A stretch of 64,000 nt of DNA. It comes from Amphiscolops sp. MND2022 (lineage: Eukaryota). Each line of letters starts with the position of its first letter. The first letter of the stretch is position 1. Position numbers and translations under genes: made by a program. Below the pieces are notes generated by a model. The model had not been told where the DNA came from and did not search any database. It saw only the letters and a program-made list of their open reading frames with translations. This document shows, in pieces, positions 12,401 through 27,400 of the stretch. The stretch is from NCBI GenBank assembly GCA_964187785.1, contig OZ076409.1, forward strand, positions 20,834,001 through 20,898,000, in the 5' to 3' direction.

Positions 12401-15400
12401 CGCATAGTGCCGAAAAATGTAAAAGGGGGGGGGCTTCTGGATTTATTAACAAACATTCCGTTGCAAAATATCAAAAAACTCAAAGGGGGGACCCTTTGGG
12501 GACATTAAAAAATTTTCGAAAAAAAGTCGCACAGTGCCGAAAAAAATCCAAATGGGGGACCCTTTGGGCACGTCCGGTTTTGTATGTTTCCTTGAAAAAG
12601 TAAAAAATGAAAGGGGGACCCTTTGGAGTAAAGTTTGCCTTGGGCGGACTTGGCCTCAGGTGCTCTGCTCAGGATTGTAAAAAGTGGACCGATCAGTGTG
12701 AGGATTGTAGTCTGAAGAAAAAAAAAGGTCACTGCTTTAGTCGGGCATTTTTCCTTAAAAGGAAAACGCGCCGACTAAAAACACTGAATTATGTCTTTTT
12801 TATCAAAAACAAATCAACTTGGTTCTGAAATAAAGCAGTGTACTACGCCAAATGAAGTTTAGTTAGGTGTTAAACTTCATATGATTCGAAATTTCGGTGA
12901 AAAAACAGAGTTAACCAAATTTCAAAATCTGTCCAACACCTTTGCTATAATCGGGAATTTTTTGAGTTTTTCTTGAAATGTTTTTTCCCTTTTGTTTTTA
13001 TTTTTGAAAATGAATGTAGTTCCGTTCGATAGGGTGTTACATATTGGGACCACTTGCTGAAAAGCTAATTACAATGAAGTTATTGTCGTTTTTTACTTTT
13101 AGCTAGATTTGATTGGTTCGTTTATGTTCTCTAATAACAGCAGTACTTGGTCTTTTTTCATTCGTTGAAAAAGTAACCATGTTGTGATAGAACGTCCAAA
13201 AAAGAAGGCGTTTTCAATTTCAAGAAGTTTCGTTGAGGTAAAATATCATTGATTAGGTTCAGATTTGCTGAGTGATCACATTGTCTCCTATTGAACATGC
13301 TTTAACCCAACTCAGTTGTATTTCCTAAGTTGTCAAAAGAGTTTCGGAAATTCCATTCAGCAAGATAGCAGAATATTGAACATGACTGATAACGAGTGCA
13401 TTCAATATCAGAAACAGACTTTTCTGGGGAAAGGATTCACGTATCGTGCATATTGTTTTAGTTCCGCATGCCATTTTTCAAAAGATTCTTCACTTCAATT
13501 TGAAATTTTAGGTTCTGAATAAGACAGACTAAAAGGTATTTAAAACAGTCCGAATGTTTCTTTTCATTTCATTTATCCACCAATTCTTGGTTTCTCATTT
13601 GATTGTTTTTGGATGGTTTACAGAAAATTTTGAATTCAGTCGTATCTGCATTGATAGCCATGCTCGATAGTGCACCAAATCATTTACATTTGCCTAGAGA
13701 TATTGTATTGCTTGGTTTTTGTCTTGATGGGCTGAATATATCACTGTATTATCAGCATATTGTACTAGTTGACAATTATTAGAAATCGATTTTCTCATAC
13801 TATTGACGTAAATATTGAAAGAGGTCGCAATACAGTGTCATGAGAAATACCTTGGTATAACTGAGTGACAAAACAACATTTAAAGAGTTTTGTCAATAAT
13901 CAGTGAAGAAGTCTGGTGCTAGGTGTTTACGATGGACGATGACCTGACGGATCTGACCTCTTTGAAAAACGCCATGCAGATGAGGTTGCAGCAGTCCGAG
14001 AAAGCAGCCAGTGCCATCCGATTTGCCTCCGAGTTGAGCAACACTGCCGAATACAACCAGAATTTCCTCAAAGGCTGGTTCCTCTGCTTCGTTTTACCTC
14101 ACATTGCCAACTGTTCAAAAAGCAAAGTTTGCTGACTTTTTTGCGTTTTAAATAGTGTGAATACTAAAAATTATTTTTGCTTCTTTTCATCACATACATT
14201 CTATGATGTATGAGTTTGCTTTTTTTGGTTTCAAAATTTTCACTGGTGAATTAGCTTTTTTTCCTCCGATTGTCCCATCAATAGATGGTCGAATAAACAC
14301 AGGAAAATCCAATAGTCACGCAATGGTTGACCTGGAGTGTCGTGACCACAAATAAAATCGTCTGAATCTGTCAGACGTCTGCAGCCATGCCTTGTAGATA
14401 TGAAAAAAGTTTTATAAAACTAGAAAGCTGAGAGCATTCTTTTATGTTATGACTTTTTCTGTTTTGCAGATGCTGCATGCTCCGACATCAACCGGGTGAC
14501 CATCAGTACTACGCAAGGTGAGACTGTAGTGTACGACACCTCCAATATCACTTTCACACAGGACACAAGCTACCGATACTACAACAAGGTCAACACACAG
14601 CATTCTCAGGTCAGTAAGTTCAAAACATTATTTTTTTTAAAAAAAAACGAGGGATTAGATTGAGAAAGATCGCATATAATCTTAACCTTGCCTGAGGAAG
14701 TAAGACCTGCAAACTTTGAAGTAGTTTACTCTAAGTTTTGTTTTTCTTTGAAAACTGAATGTACGCTTCAGATTGTGAATGCCGTGTTCGTTTCCAAAGT
14801 CTCCTAGGTTAAACTCGTATCCAAATGAATTCACAATTTTTGTCACTGTATCTTCCTCCTTCAAGGCATCCCGCGTACAGAGGTTGGAGCTCGTTAAAAG
14901 CAGCTTTTAAACCAGCAATTGCACGTGCTTCCGCTCCACTTCGGTTCTGTATTCATAGCATCATCAGGATGAGAATGCAGCAATCACGTTTTGATAGTTT
15001 AGGGGAATCTACCGGAAGAGGTTTCAATTTAAAAAACATCGATCTTCCAATGATCAGACGAGACGATTATTTTTGAGAGTTGAACGTTTTCAAATAAGTA
15101 TTAGTTTTGAGTGAAAAATTCATACTACTACAATTGTCAGCTTGAATACAGTTGAGAAAAACTTTCACGACCTACTTTTTAAATGTTCAGAACACAAGTA
15201 TATGCAATCTATCAGCAGTCGGTTGACTAACAAGATCTGAAACTATGTGAAGTCGCTTGACTCCTTGCAGATCAATGCATGGAATTATATGGGGTCTCGA
15301 CACGGAATTTAACTTTTTTCAAGGGAGATTTTCCAAACGGCGAACAGGCCATGGAGCAGTAATTTCTCCTGATGACTAGCTTAGACGATGTAGATGTTCT

Positions 15401-18400
15401 GAGTCATGTAGACATGGTTGCTACAGGTATTGATCCCCTCGGACGTGCATTACTGTCTTGCTGACCCGAAGAAGGACATCCTGTGGACCAGGTCACTCAA
15501 TGACCTCTACTCGCAGACAGCCCAACAGTTTCCCCTCGTGGACTATATGTACTTCGCCACCACCAGCGGGGCAGTCAGATTATACCCTGCCTCAGGTTCG
15601 CCAAAACACAGAATACTCTCGCAGCATATTGCTTTAGTCGGCGGTTTTTGTGAAACAAAAAATGCCCGACTCTTACAGCGACCTCTTTTTTCGTTTTTTT
15701 TCCTCCAGACCACAAACCTCACACTGAAAGCTCCACTTTTTATCGAATCTCTCTAGGCCTTCCCCACCTTGAAAGAAAGCACTTTGGTGCTTCCAATGGG
15801 TGCCACTTTTGGGTACCTTAGTTGTTAAAGCTTTTGTCGTTACTAGACAGATAATGCAGAAGGTTTTACTGTTTTTTCGGCTTTGTGACACTTGTTTTCC
15901 AAATTTTCTTGATGCCACTAAAGGGTCCCTCTTAGGGTATTTTGATTTTCTGCAACAAAATGGATGATTAAAAAAGTCCAGAGGGCCCCCTTTTGAATTT
16001 TTTGGCTCCGTGAGACATTTTTTGATCCTGTGGAACTGATGAGTTTTCTCAATGATGGAAAAGGCCTTCAGTTTTTTTCCACACTGTGCGAGTTTTTTCG
16101 ATTCAATTTTCATCTGGTCAAAGGGCCCCTTCACTTTGATAGATGTTTTCGGTCTGAAAAAAAGCGTTTGACAAGTTTAAAGCTCCACTTTCGGCACCAA
16201 AAGTGAGAGTTTTGCTCGAAGAAAAAATTTTTCGAAAAAATTTATTTTAAAAAGAAATTTAGTTTTTTTTTGTTTCAAGTTAGGGAAAAGCGGTTTTCGA
16301 GTTTTATGCGTATCCCTTCTGGTATTCTTCGGCACTATAAATTTGATAGATTTTTGGCAAAAGAGTCCCTTGCATATTACAGAAACTTTTTTTTTGAACC
16401 TTGAGCGGGGCGCTGACTTTGGCCGTTCCCGCCCGGCTTGTTATTTATTTCTAGAAACAATCAAAAGTTTCAATAAATAGTTTCAGATGGGGGTGTTTGA
16501 ACCATGCGTTAACGTAGCAACGTCATGGTGAATGGCAAAATATTTACTTGATTTCCATTGCAAATCATGCGGCATACCATTTGCGTTGCGAAATGTAAAT
16601 TTTTCCGTCGCCTTCTGTTTTTGTTAGTGTTGTGAGAAAATGTTTCCCATTGATGTTTCAATGCAAAAATGTTACTGTTTATTCGTGACATACTTTCAAA
16701 TGAAAAGACATTGTGATTTTGTATAGTCTCATCATTCAAATTGCTGACATAATTGGCTTTGTTGAACTCTTTAGGGGTGTTTCTTGAAATCGTTTGAAAA
16801 TTCCTCAATTTTTCTATAAGCCTGGAACGGCAGAGGTCGGCGCCCCATTCAATGCTTGAAAAACACAGAGTGAATGTTACTTTGCACAAAGGATCAAAAA
16901 GTGGACGTTACAAGGGAGGCTTATGAAAAAACTAGTCGCTGCAATAGCCTGTTTTTCCTCCAAAAACTGCTTAATAGAAAGAACATGAAATTCTCGGAAC
17001 GGAGTTTACTGTTTTAGAGATCTACTTGCCCATCACTTATGACGTGCGTTTCCAGCAGTCGTATGCCCAGAGTATGACTCTGCCAAAAATGGTGGTGATT
17101 GCCATAGACTCCAGTGGAAGTGTGAATGGCCAGGTGACAGTGACCATAGAAAACACCCTGGATAACATTCTAGAGACACTGAGTGACAGTGACTTGTTAG
17201 CCATTGGCTATTTCAAGAACGATTTCGTTCGACTGCTTCCTTCTGATGCAGAACTGGACGATGTCTGTCCCAGTAGCACGGGCCAGTGGTTTGTTCCAGG
17301 TTAGTCCAAAATGTGTTCACTTTTTCCCATATTTTAGCACTATGTCTTTTCATCTGTCGTTTAAAGAATGACTCTGGGTCATTAGTTCCTTTTTTCAGCC
17401 GGAACTTCTGTGAAAAGTTGTGCCTAACTAATTTATTGACTACAACTGATCCCAGAATGAAACTTGAAGGCCAAGTTTTCTTCATTATTATTCATATTCA
17501 TTTGTTCAATGTTGTGTAACGTCACCCTGTGATCAACGAAAAATTTGAAAAATTTGTTCAAAAGTGACGTGGCACTTCAACATGGCTTTACGAAGTACCT
17601 GCCCGCAAAAATCATAGAGAGACGGCAGAAGCAGTGCCCCGCGAGGCGAAAAAAGCAGAGAACGTACAAGAACTCGTGTAGTATCACGAATTGGTGAAAC
17701 TCAATAGCCCAGGCGCTAAAACCCACGACGTCAGCCCGAGTTTATCCAAAGAACAGCATGACGGTGTGATTGCAATATCCATGCCCGGGGTTGTGCCCAG
17801 CTCGAGCGCTGGTGCCATGCCATCCAGAAACCCACCCAACTCGCCAAACTGGACTTTAGTACCTTATTGCAGTGTTTACCATATTTGTTTGATGAATTAT
17901 TAGCTCGAGGGCTACCTATGTAGATGCTATTTACGTCAGATTCCCATCTGGAGAAATTCAGTTCTATTCAACCTTGTCCTTTTTAAAGGCTATCTACGCA
18001 GTGGTTACGAGAGGAAAAGCGTAATTCCTGTGACTTTTAGCAATTACAGACTGGAATCAGGTCAGAAAGTATCCCTAGAAGACGGTTCCCCTCCTCGGGA
18101 CCGGCTATCCTCAGAAGGACAAAATGAGCTGGCGTTATGGTGGTTTGTCCCGGACCACAGCCATGGCGCTAGTTCCTCCAATCCATTGTTTCGTTCTCAA
18201 CGCTTAGCGCTTTCCGTTACATTGCATATTTTGTGGTAACAAGTCGGGACCGGCTCAAGTCGGCGCCCCGCTCAAGTATCAAAAAATTAAAACTGCCAAT
18301 GTAGCCGGGCTACATTGGCAGTTTTAACTTTTTGATACTTGAGCGGGGCGCCGACTTGGACGGGTCCCGACTTGTTACCAGACAAGTGAACTACTTGGGC

Positions 18401-21400
18401 CAAAGGGGGGACCCTTGATGTTTGTGAGGTTCTAGTACGTTTTGTAGGTCCGTAGTTAACTTGTCTGCAAGTATAACAAAATTAACAAAATTTATAGCAA
18501 CTTTCTGATATGCAACTTTCTAGTCGGCGCTTTAGAATGAAATTGCCCGATTGTTACAGTGACTGTTTTTTTGTTTTTCTTCAAGACACTCGAATGCGAC
18601 GAAATTTTTGTTGTTTGTTCAACTTAACGAATACCTCGGAAACGCATCAAAGTTAGTGCAAAGGGTCCCCCTTTCATTGTTCTTTTTTTAACGTGACATA
18701 CAAAACCGGACTGTAACAGACAAACTCCCGCTTCATTTTTTGATATTTTGCAACAGAATGGGTGTTAAAAAATCACAAAGGGCGCCTCTTTACTTTTTTT
18801 CGGCGCTATGAGACTGGTCAAAATTCTCAGTTTTCGTCAGATATTAGGATTTCTCAATATTTATCCAATAATTTTTTCAATACTATCCAAATATTTGACG
18901 TTGTATCCGAAGTAAATTGCGTTTCACTAAAGAGGTGGCGGTTAGTCAATATTGCGCAAAACGCGAAATTTTGAAGCTTTTTCCCAGTACGAAAGTCGCC
19001 ATTTGCGTGTTTCAACACTTTTATGTGAGTTTTTCATTCAGAAAAGTTTAGAGCAAGTTTCAAAAACTGCACTTTTTGAGCCTTAAGTGTGGCGCCGACT
19101 TGAGACGTTCCCGTCTTGATAACTTATAATTATGAAATGAAGCTTTTTTGTTTAAGCGACCAATCAGAACAAGCAGGCGTTCAGGAACGTGGTCTATTTG
19201 CACACCAACTACAACGCGACAGCCAACTTCGAGCTCATGTTCGATGAGGCATCCAAGATATTCGACAATGTGCCCACCGACCACATTTGTCTCAAGTACC
19301 TCATAGTCCTCACAGACGGGGGCAAAGGCGCAGGCACTGAGGCGGGACACGGACTAAACAGGTTAATGAAGAAAAGAAAGATGATGAAAGTTTATTAATT
19401 CGGGTGCATATGGAAAACTGCATCTGACTAAATAACACCTCTAAATAAAAACAAGGCGGGAACGACTCAAGTCGGCGTCATATCTAAGGCTCAATAATAT
19501 TCAAGGAAAAACTCAGCCTATTGTGAAATTTTTCATTTATCACACGGTGCCGGAAAATCCCGAAAGGGTTTTCCCCGAAACTCGAAAACTGTTTTTTTCT
19601 GCACTGGAAACATCAGAAAAAACTCATTTGCCTTTAGAAAAATTAAATTTTTCAAAACTTATTTGGTAAAAAAGTCGCATAATGCCGAAAACCCCAAAAA
19701 TAGACCCTTTAGGCTCATTAAACGTTTTTGACAAACCGACAACTTCAAAAAAATTCAAGGGGTACCCTTTCAGAGAATTCAAAAAGTTTCGGAAAAAATG
19801 TCGCATAGTTCCGAAAAAAACCAAAGGGGGACCCTTTGGTCTACCCCCTACTTTTGGAAACATTAAAAATTTGTGGTTTAGTGCGAGACTCGAACGCTGC
19901 GTTCTCCTTCTGAAAGTCTGAAGCTTCTGAAAGTCTGAACAGAAAAAGTCTGAATGAACAGAAAAAAAGGACCGATCGCGTTGAACTGACGAAAAAAAAC
20001 TTAAACTGCTGCCCACAAACTTAAAAAACATGACTAGACCGCAAGTAAGACAATATATGTCCAAAACTTAATCTCCTTGTACGTTGTTGACAATAGACAT
20101 CTTTTTTGAATGTATTATTAGAGATTATTTGATTTTGTTTCTTGATGGAAGCTTTCCAATAACGTTTACAATTGTGCCACATTTGGTTCTTAAGGGTGGG
20201 AACTAGAAGAGCATTTATGCTCATTTCCCATCCTGGTTGGGTTTTATTTTAAAAGTTATGTTTAATATTGCAACAATGTACTGATCTACCCAATTGAATT
20301 AACTATTCTATTTTATTCTAAACAAGCCGGAAACGGTTCAAGTCGGCGCCATATCTAAGGCTCAAAAATAGCAAAAGGACTTCAATGTGTCAAGTATTCT
20401 CTTCTACGGTACCTGCGTGAGGAAAAAAATGAAAAAAATGCGATTTTTTTGAATTTTTTTCGACTTTTTTTTTGGTCTACGGTAAGTCGCAGAGTCACGA
20501 AAAATGTAAAAGGGGGGCCTTTGGGAGTTTTAGAACATCCATTCTTTTGCAAAATAGGGAAAAAAATGAAGGGGAGACACTTTGGAGACAGTTAAAAAAT
20601 TTGCGAAAAAAAGTCTCACAAAGCCGAAAAAACCTGCACGAAAAAAAGTTTGGTCAAGGGCGGGCAGACATCAAAAACTATCCTAATTAACCTCTATGCT
20701 AAGTGGCATGAGAAGTTACCGAGTGTGGCAGTTAGTGGACGCAGCTTATAAAGTTTATAAAATCTGTCAGTTCGTTGGTCTTAAAAAAAGTCACTGCTAT
20801 AGTCTGCGTTTTTCTTCGAAAAGCGCCGACTAAAAACTAGCCACTGTAATGGTCGTGCATTTTCTTCAAAAACGCCGACTAAAAACAATAGAGCATCTGA
20901 ATAGGTCATCTGAAAAAGATATATAATGATAATGTTCAAAACTTCAAGGCCATAAATTTTTGAGAAGCCGTATCAAAAATATGAGAATTCGTCAAAAATT
21001 GACAGGTTCTTGAAAAAGAATTGAGTTTTCCTCTTAGAATCTTTCATCCTTATGCCATCTTGTCTAAACCATTATAATATGATGAAAACATCTGGAAGAT
21101 AGTAACTATAGATTTTTAAAGGAGTTTCCGAAGAGCTCCGTATCTTCGAACGCTGGATAGTTTTTGGAATTGAGTAGGATTTAAAAAACTTAGTCGAAAA
21201 TAGTTGTCTTACGAGAAAACAGATGTTGCATTTTCCGTGAATTCTGGAATTTATTTGAGTTTTAAACGGCCATTTTTAGGTTGCTAGAAGCTCACCCTGA
21301 AGTTCGTTTGGCCTATTTCTTGGAGGGTCCAGAGGCATTCCAGTCCGACAATGCGGACCTTTACGTACTACCTTGTTCTGCTAACGGATACTTCTATAAG

Positions 21401-24400
21401 GTTCGTTTTCAAAATGCAGCGAGTTAGCACTTAGTTACCAAATAAATCTAATAAAGGGTTCGAAACCTATTGGAACAAAAACCACTTTTTCAATATTTTC
21501 GATGATAATTTTATCGTGTTATTTTGAATGATCCACCTTCTTTGATTTCAACAAGTCACTTGCATCAGAGAAATCGGGGGTTAAACTGCTCTTATAGGAA
21601 TATAGGTCATTTATACTCGTATCTTTTCTTCGTTTTTGTATACAAGCATGTTGGTTCTTCTAAAAGTTCCTTACGAGAAACAGCTCCATTTGAGGCAATA
21701 TGTTTGAATACTTAAAGCTTGCAGTTCAAGACAAAGAGGAGTCTGTCGATTTTATGATAAAGGCCTCATCTCCGAGCCTTATACTGTTCTTGGTTCGTTC
21801 TGCTGAACAAGTGGGATATTTTTGAATCCATCTAGTCTGTGCAACTTTTTTGTAGTCAATTCCTGATTTATCATGATATATTTTGCATGAACTTAGATGA
21901 TATTCCCTTTCGATCGATTCCTACAAAAATCTCACAACCTATCGGAAAAAACCTAACTCTACTGGAATTAGGCTTTTTTCCGATAGGTTGTGAGATTTTT
22001 GTAGGAATCTTGCATTTCACGCGAGGGCGAAAACAAAAAGCGCCGGCTAAGAAAAGCAGAACTGCTTATTTGGCGTCCACCGCGTGGAATTGGGGAAGTA
22101 AACGTTCTTCTTTCACGCGTGGGCTCTAAATCATTGACCATATTTCATGTGCAGCTGTAAATAAAGGTAAGATCCTCAATTAAAGATAAGGTTGCTTAGG
22201 TGTTCTATGAAGAGGAGGTAAGGTCATCGGTGGCTAACCTGGTCAGTCTGATGTCACGCGCCACAGTGATGAACAACGTGACTCATGGCAGCTGGAGCAA
22301 CCTGCACACCAAGCCCTGGGACGCCAACTACGGACCAGTGATGACCGTAGGCATGCCCGTGTACAACACCTCCAACCCCAACATGACCACGCTGCTAGGG
22401 GTCTCCTCGGTAGACGTGCACGTGCTCAAATTCCTGTTGGATGCCGGTAGGAACAACTGAATTATCCCAGTGAGAAAACTCTTGAAATTCGTGAAGAGAA
22501 TCGTACATCTTCGTGGAACCCTTGGTAAGAAACTTGGCAAGATTCTTATCAAGAGCGCAATGAATATGTAAGATCTTGGTAAAATCTTACTAAGAATTCA
22601 AGAGAAAAGCTGACAAAAGTGAATGAAAACGAACAAAAACAAAGATTCATATCACGAATTTCAAGAGGTACAGGTTGGAAAATACTTCATTGAATGTTTG
22701 CTAATGAGCCAAAATCTACCCCGAATGTTTGTTTTTATAAAATTGGCTCGTTATTCATTCATCAAACTTGAAATCCATTTATTTTCAATTGAAATCAGGA
22801 ATTGAATTTGTTCTGTCTTTAAGGATCAGTTTACCCGATCTTAGCGGGAAACCTCTTGCTACTAAACTCGAAGGGGTCAGTTGTTTTCGAGGAGTTTCTT
22901 GGCACCCTACTAAAACTGTTCCCCATCACCCCCAACATGTTATCTTTCCCGGAGATCAACCAGAAAGACTATTTCAATGACGTCAACGTCCAGTCAGAGA
23001 TCCTAGAGTTGGAGGCACAGACTTTGACCTCAGAGGGCAGCAAGGTCACTAATCCACAAGTGATTGACCCACCGGGTTAGTTGTAGAGCAAAGTCCGGAA
23101 CTCGAACATGACAAGTTTGAGAACATGACGATTCTCGAAGTTATTGTCAAAATAGAACAATTAAAAGAAATCTGGAGGTTAATTTTGTTCCTCACTGTTT
23201 CGAAAACAGTGATAACTTTTTGCGAAGAAGTGGAGATTTCCTATGAACAATGGTTGGAAGTCATGATAACCACAAAGGATGCCGAAAAAATTCAGTGCAA
23301 ATTTTGTTAGACTAGATCACTGCCAGACTTAGATGACTTTTTAACAGTCCTTGACTTGATGCTTTAAAACTTTTTTCAGTACACCCGCACTTTCCTCAGT
23401 TTCATGAAAATTGATGATATCGATACCCGATGTAATTATACAGCGCCAAAATTGACATGCAGAGATCGTTATTATTTCATTATCAATCATTTCGGAAGAC
23501 TCTTGAAACAAAAAAGTCAATCAAATTTTGTGCGTACTCACTCAAAATTCTCATTATGTAATTGAAAATTGTCTAAGTTAAAACAGAAGTGAAAATCCTA
23601 CAAAATCAGCGCAAAATTTTATTTAAATCCGGTCTCTGCCTATTTTAATAATGAATCAAGTCTTTGGCTGTATACGTTGAAGACTTTCAGCCGTTCTCGC
23701 GAAGGCGGCCGTTATTTTGACCGTTATTAAGACATCGATGGAATTATTGAGAGATATGTTTTGTGTAGATATGCAATACGTGGCATCAGTGACAGAAGTT
23801 CGTTACTCATGGTCCCGGTTGGCTTCCAGCACCAACACAGCTCAGGACCAAGAATTCACTCTTCTGCAACGGAGGACCATTCTGCCCCAGAGTGGGCTAG
23901 CCAGACTGATGCCAGTGGTTGACCTTGAGAACGAGAACTCTCCCGAGAACGCACTGTTTGATACCACCAAGGCAACCATGGCTAAGAACATGTTCTACTT
24001 GCAATTCCCTCAAGATGTCAAAACCTTTTTTGACCAGAGTGAGTTTTGATCAAAACTCCTGAACTTTCCCCAGTTTCGAACCGGGTGTTCTAACATTGAG
24101 AAATTACACTAAAGAAAAATCTATTCTCGTTGTATCTTCGTGAACTAAATGAAAACATCGAAAATATGACTCTTCGCTTGATTTTGATAGGTTACATCTT
24201 GAAGTTGTTCCGTTGTTCTAATGAAAATGCGGATGTTGTATTTAGTCGGCGTTTTCGAAGAAAAAACACGACTCTTACAGTGGCTAGTTTCTATTATTTT
24301 TTTCGTCAGTTCAACGCGATCGGTCCACTTTTTTTGTTCATTTGTTCAACTTCTTGGCCGAGAGGTTAACCCGGAATTTCTGGGGTCTGAGAAGCAGGAG

Positions 24401-27400
24401 AGCATGGGTTCGAGTCTCGCACTAAACCACAAATTTTTATGCTTCCAAAAGTAGAGGGGAGACCAAAGAGTCCCCCTTTGCGGTTTTTTTTCGGCACTAT
24501 GCGACATTTTTCCGAAAATTTTTGAATTCTATCAAAGGGTACCCCTTGAATTTTTTGAAGTTTACGGTTTGTAAAAAACGTTCAATTATTATTATTATTA
24601 TTTAACGTTTCTCCAATCACCAATTAATATAGATTGAATCAATAGTAGCCAGAGAGTAGCTGGTGTTGGAGGGGAACCAGAAAGGCAAGTTCATGCCATC
24701 TAAGCTGGATCCCGTATTTCAAGTTTCGGAGTTTTTGTAATTATTTTTAGTATGTCAGTTTCACTGAATAAGAAATTAAATGGAATTTATGGAGAAAATT
24801 TACATTTTAAAAAGGCTATTTAGACGATTTTGAGTTCCTGGTTAGGGTTACCTTATTTCAGTCCACTTCCGCGTTTGAAGGGAGACCGTAGAGCAATTCA
24901 AAGATCATAAGAGTACAGAAACTGAAAACAAATGGTTGAAAACTCGTATCTCAGACACTTGCTGTGCTAGTCTTTTCTTAGCGGCTTCTGCACGCCTGAT
25001 GCCCGACTTTACTGGCCCAGGAGTCTTCGATGCTCACGGGGAGCAAAGATATAGACCCCCAAGAACTCTAACGCGGGATTTTTGCATCAGGTGGCAGAAG
25101 CAAGTGGAGTACTTCACACTCCATGGTTGACATCGGTTGGAAATTAAACAAGGAAGTTATTCATATTTAACGATAACGCCTCAGAATCATATATACACTC
25201 AGGGGTTCAAACATAAGTTAGGATGTGTTTTAAAGAAGCACTTCATACAATAAAGATTAAACTTATTCGAGGTATTTCACTGCAAGATCATACGTAGGTT
25301 TTCATCGGGGATTAGTTTCAAAAAATCTTTGTGGATTTCACAATTGAATTCGTACTGACTGAGGTCCCATAAGTTATCAGGAACAAGTTTCTGATCTATC
25401 AAGAAGTTTAAAAGTTTAGTTCCACGGGTTTTCAAAGAAAAATTGTCCCAGTTGTTTTTTCCTTTGGGGATCAAATATTTACATGCGGACTGCATTCGAG
25501 TTGCTCTTGAATTGGCACGTGTATACAAATTATTTAAAAACTCAGAAGAGAGTTCTTTTCTCACGCTTCGTAATGCAAATTTGATCAAGTCGTAGAAATA
25601 CAATTGAGTCAACGAGAGTACATTATGTTTAATCATTTCAGTTTCTATGCTAGCATTCTGTTTCTTGAACAAGATCAACCTGATCATTTTACGTTGGTAG
25701 ACACTCAATTTGTCCAAATTAGAAAAAGAATTTCCTGCATAGATAAGCAATCCATACTGTAAGACCGGTTTCACATAGAAGTTGTAATAATTGAATAGCA
25801 CGTTCTTTGACACAAAATGTCTTAACCTAGCAATTACCCAATTTTTTCAAGAGATAGTCCACATGTTCGCAAAATTTTAGATTCCCATCAATCCGCACTC
25901 CCAAATACTTGACTGCGCTACTTACTTTGATCGTTTCAGATCCCATAGTGAAATCGTCACATCTATTTTTTTCTTAAAGGGCATACAATGCGTCTTATCG
26001 AGATTAGGAGATAATTTATTAACTTTTAGCCACATGTCAATTCTATTCAGTTCCATATCATTAGCGAATTCGGTGATGGCAGCTTTTTCCATAGAAATTA
26101 GAAGGTTCGTATCATCTGCAAACAATGTAGGCTGGATTTTATCACAGACAGATATTATATCATTGATATATATTATGAACAACAGAGGACCTAGAATTGA
26201 TCCTTGGGGGACTCCGTAATTGATGTCACGCACTTGAGACGAACAATTATTTATAGATACTACTTGAGTTCTACCTTGCAGGTAAGATTGGAGCCAGTAA
26301 AAAGCTTTTCCTCTGATACCTATATGGTAGATTTTTTGAAGTAATCGTGTATGATCCACTGTCTCGAAAGCTTTTTTCAAGTCAAGAAAAAAACAGGTAT
26401 AAAAGGTTTTGTGGTGGTCCTCTCTTATTTTCCCCACGATGTGTGCTATTGCATCAACACATGATCTTTTAGATCGAAACCCAAATTGAGAATCATTTAG
26501 CAGGTTAAACTTCTCCAGAAAGCTTATGATTCGAGAGTACATTATTCTCTCGAAAACCTTGGATACTACAGATAGTAAGGAGATTGGTCGGTAATTGTTC
26601 ATATCAGTCTTATCATTTCCTTTGCTAATAGGTATAACTCTAGCTATTTTTAAGCAGCTTGGGAATGTACCTTGAGAGAATGATAGATTGATCAAACTTG
26701 TTAGAAGAGGAGCAAAAATATCACTACAATTCTTGATGACATCTGCCGGAATTCCATTTATACCCGCTGATTTATGAGCGTTCAAGTTATCGATTACTTT
26801 CTTGACTTCAGGAATGTTGGTGGGTTTTAGAAACATCGAGAATTCAGTTTCATTTATCGGATAACTTTCAGTACAATTCTCTATTTGTTGATTCATTGTT
26901 TGTCCAATTGTTGAGAAATACTCATTGAACTTCTCAACAATCTCTTCAGGCTTTTCGTATTCATGTTCATCGCTAATTATCTTTTTTATAGTATGTTTAT
27001 AAGTTCTACCAGTGACATTGTTAAGGTTACGGAAAAACTCCCGCTTGTTTAATAAGCCTAAATGGTCTCTTTTTGGGTTTTTCGGCAATATGTGACTTTT
27101 TTTGACCGAATACTTTTTTGAAAAAAAAAATTTCCAAGTTTTTCCAATTGTTGTTCCTTGAATATTTTTAAGCCTTAGATATGAAGCCGACTTGGGCCGT
27201 CACCGGCTTGTTTCTTATTCAATTAACGACGGTTCGTGTTCAGGGTAGTTTGAAAAAAGCTTCAGTGGTGAAAAACTGTGAAACTTTTCCTGTTTAGTCT
27301 TTAATCTGAAAACGTTTGTGCAGCCTATCTGACAATATTTTGAACTAAAACTTGATATTTAAATGAAGTTTTTCCTGTTGACTACGAAGCTTTTGATTGA

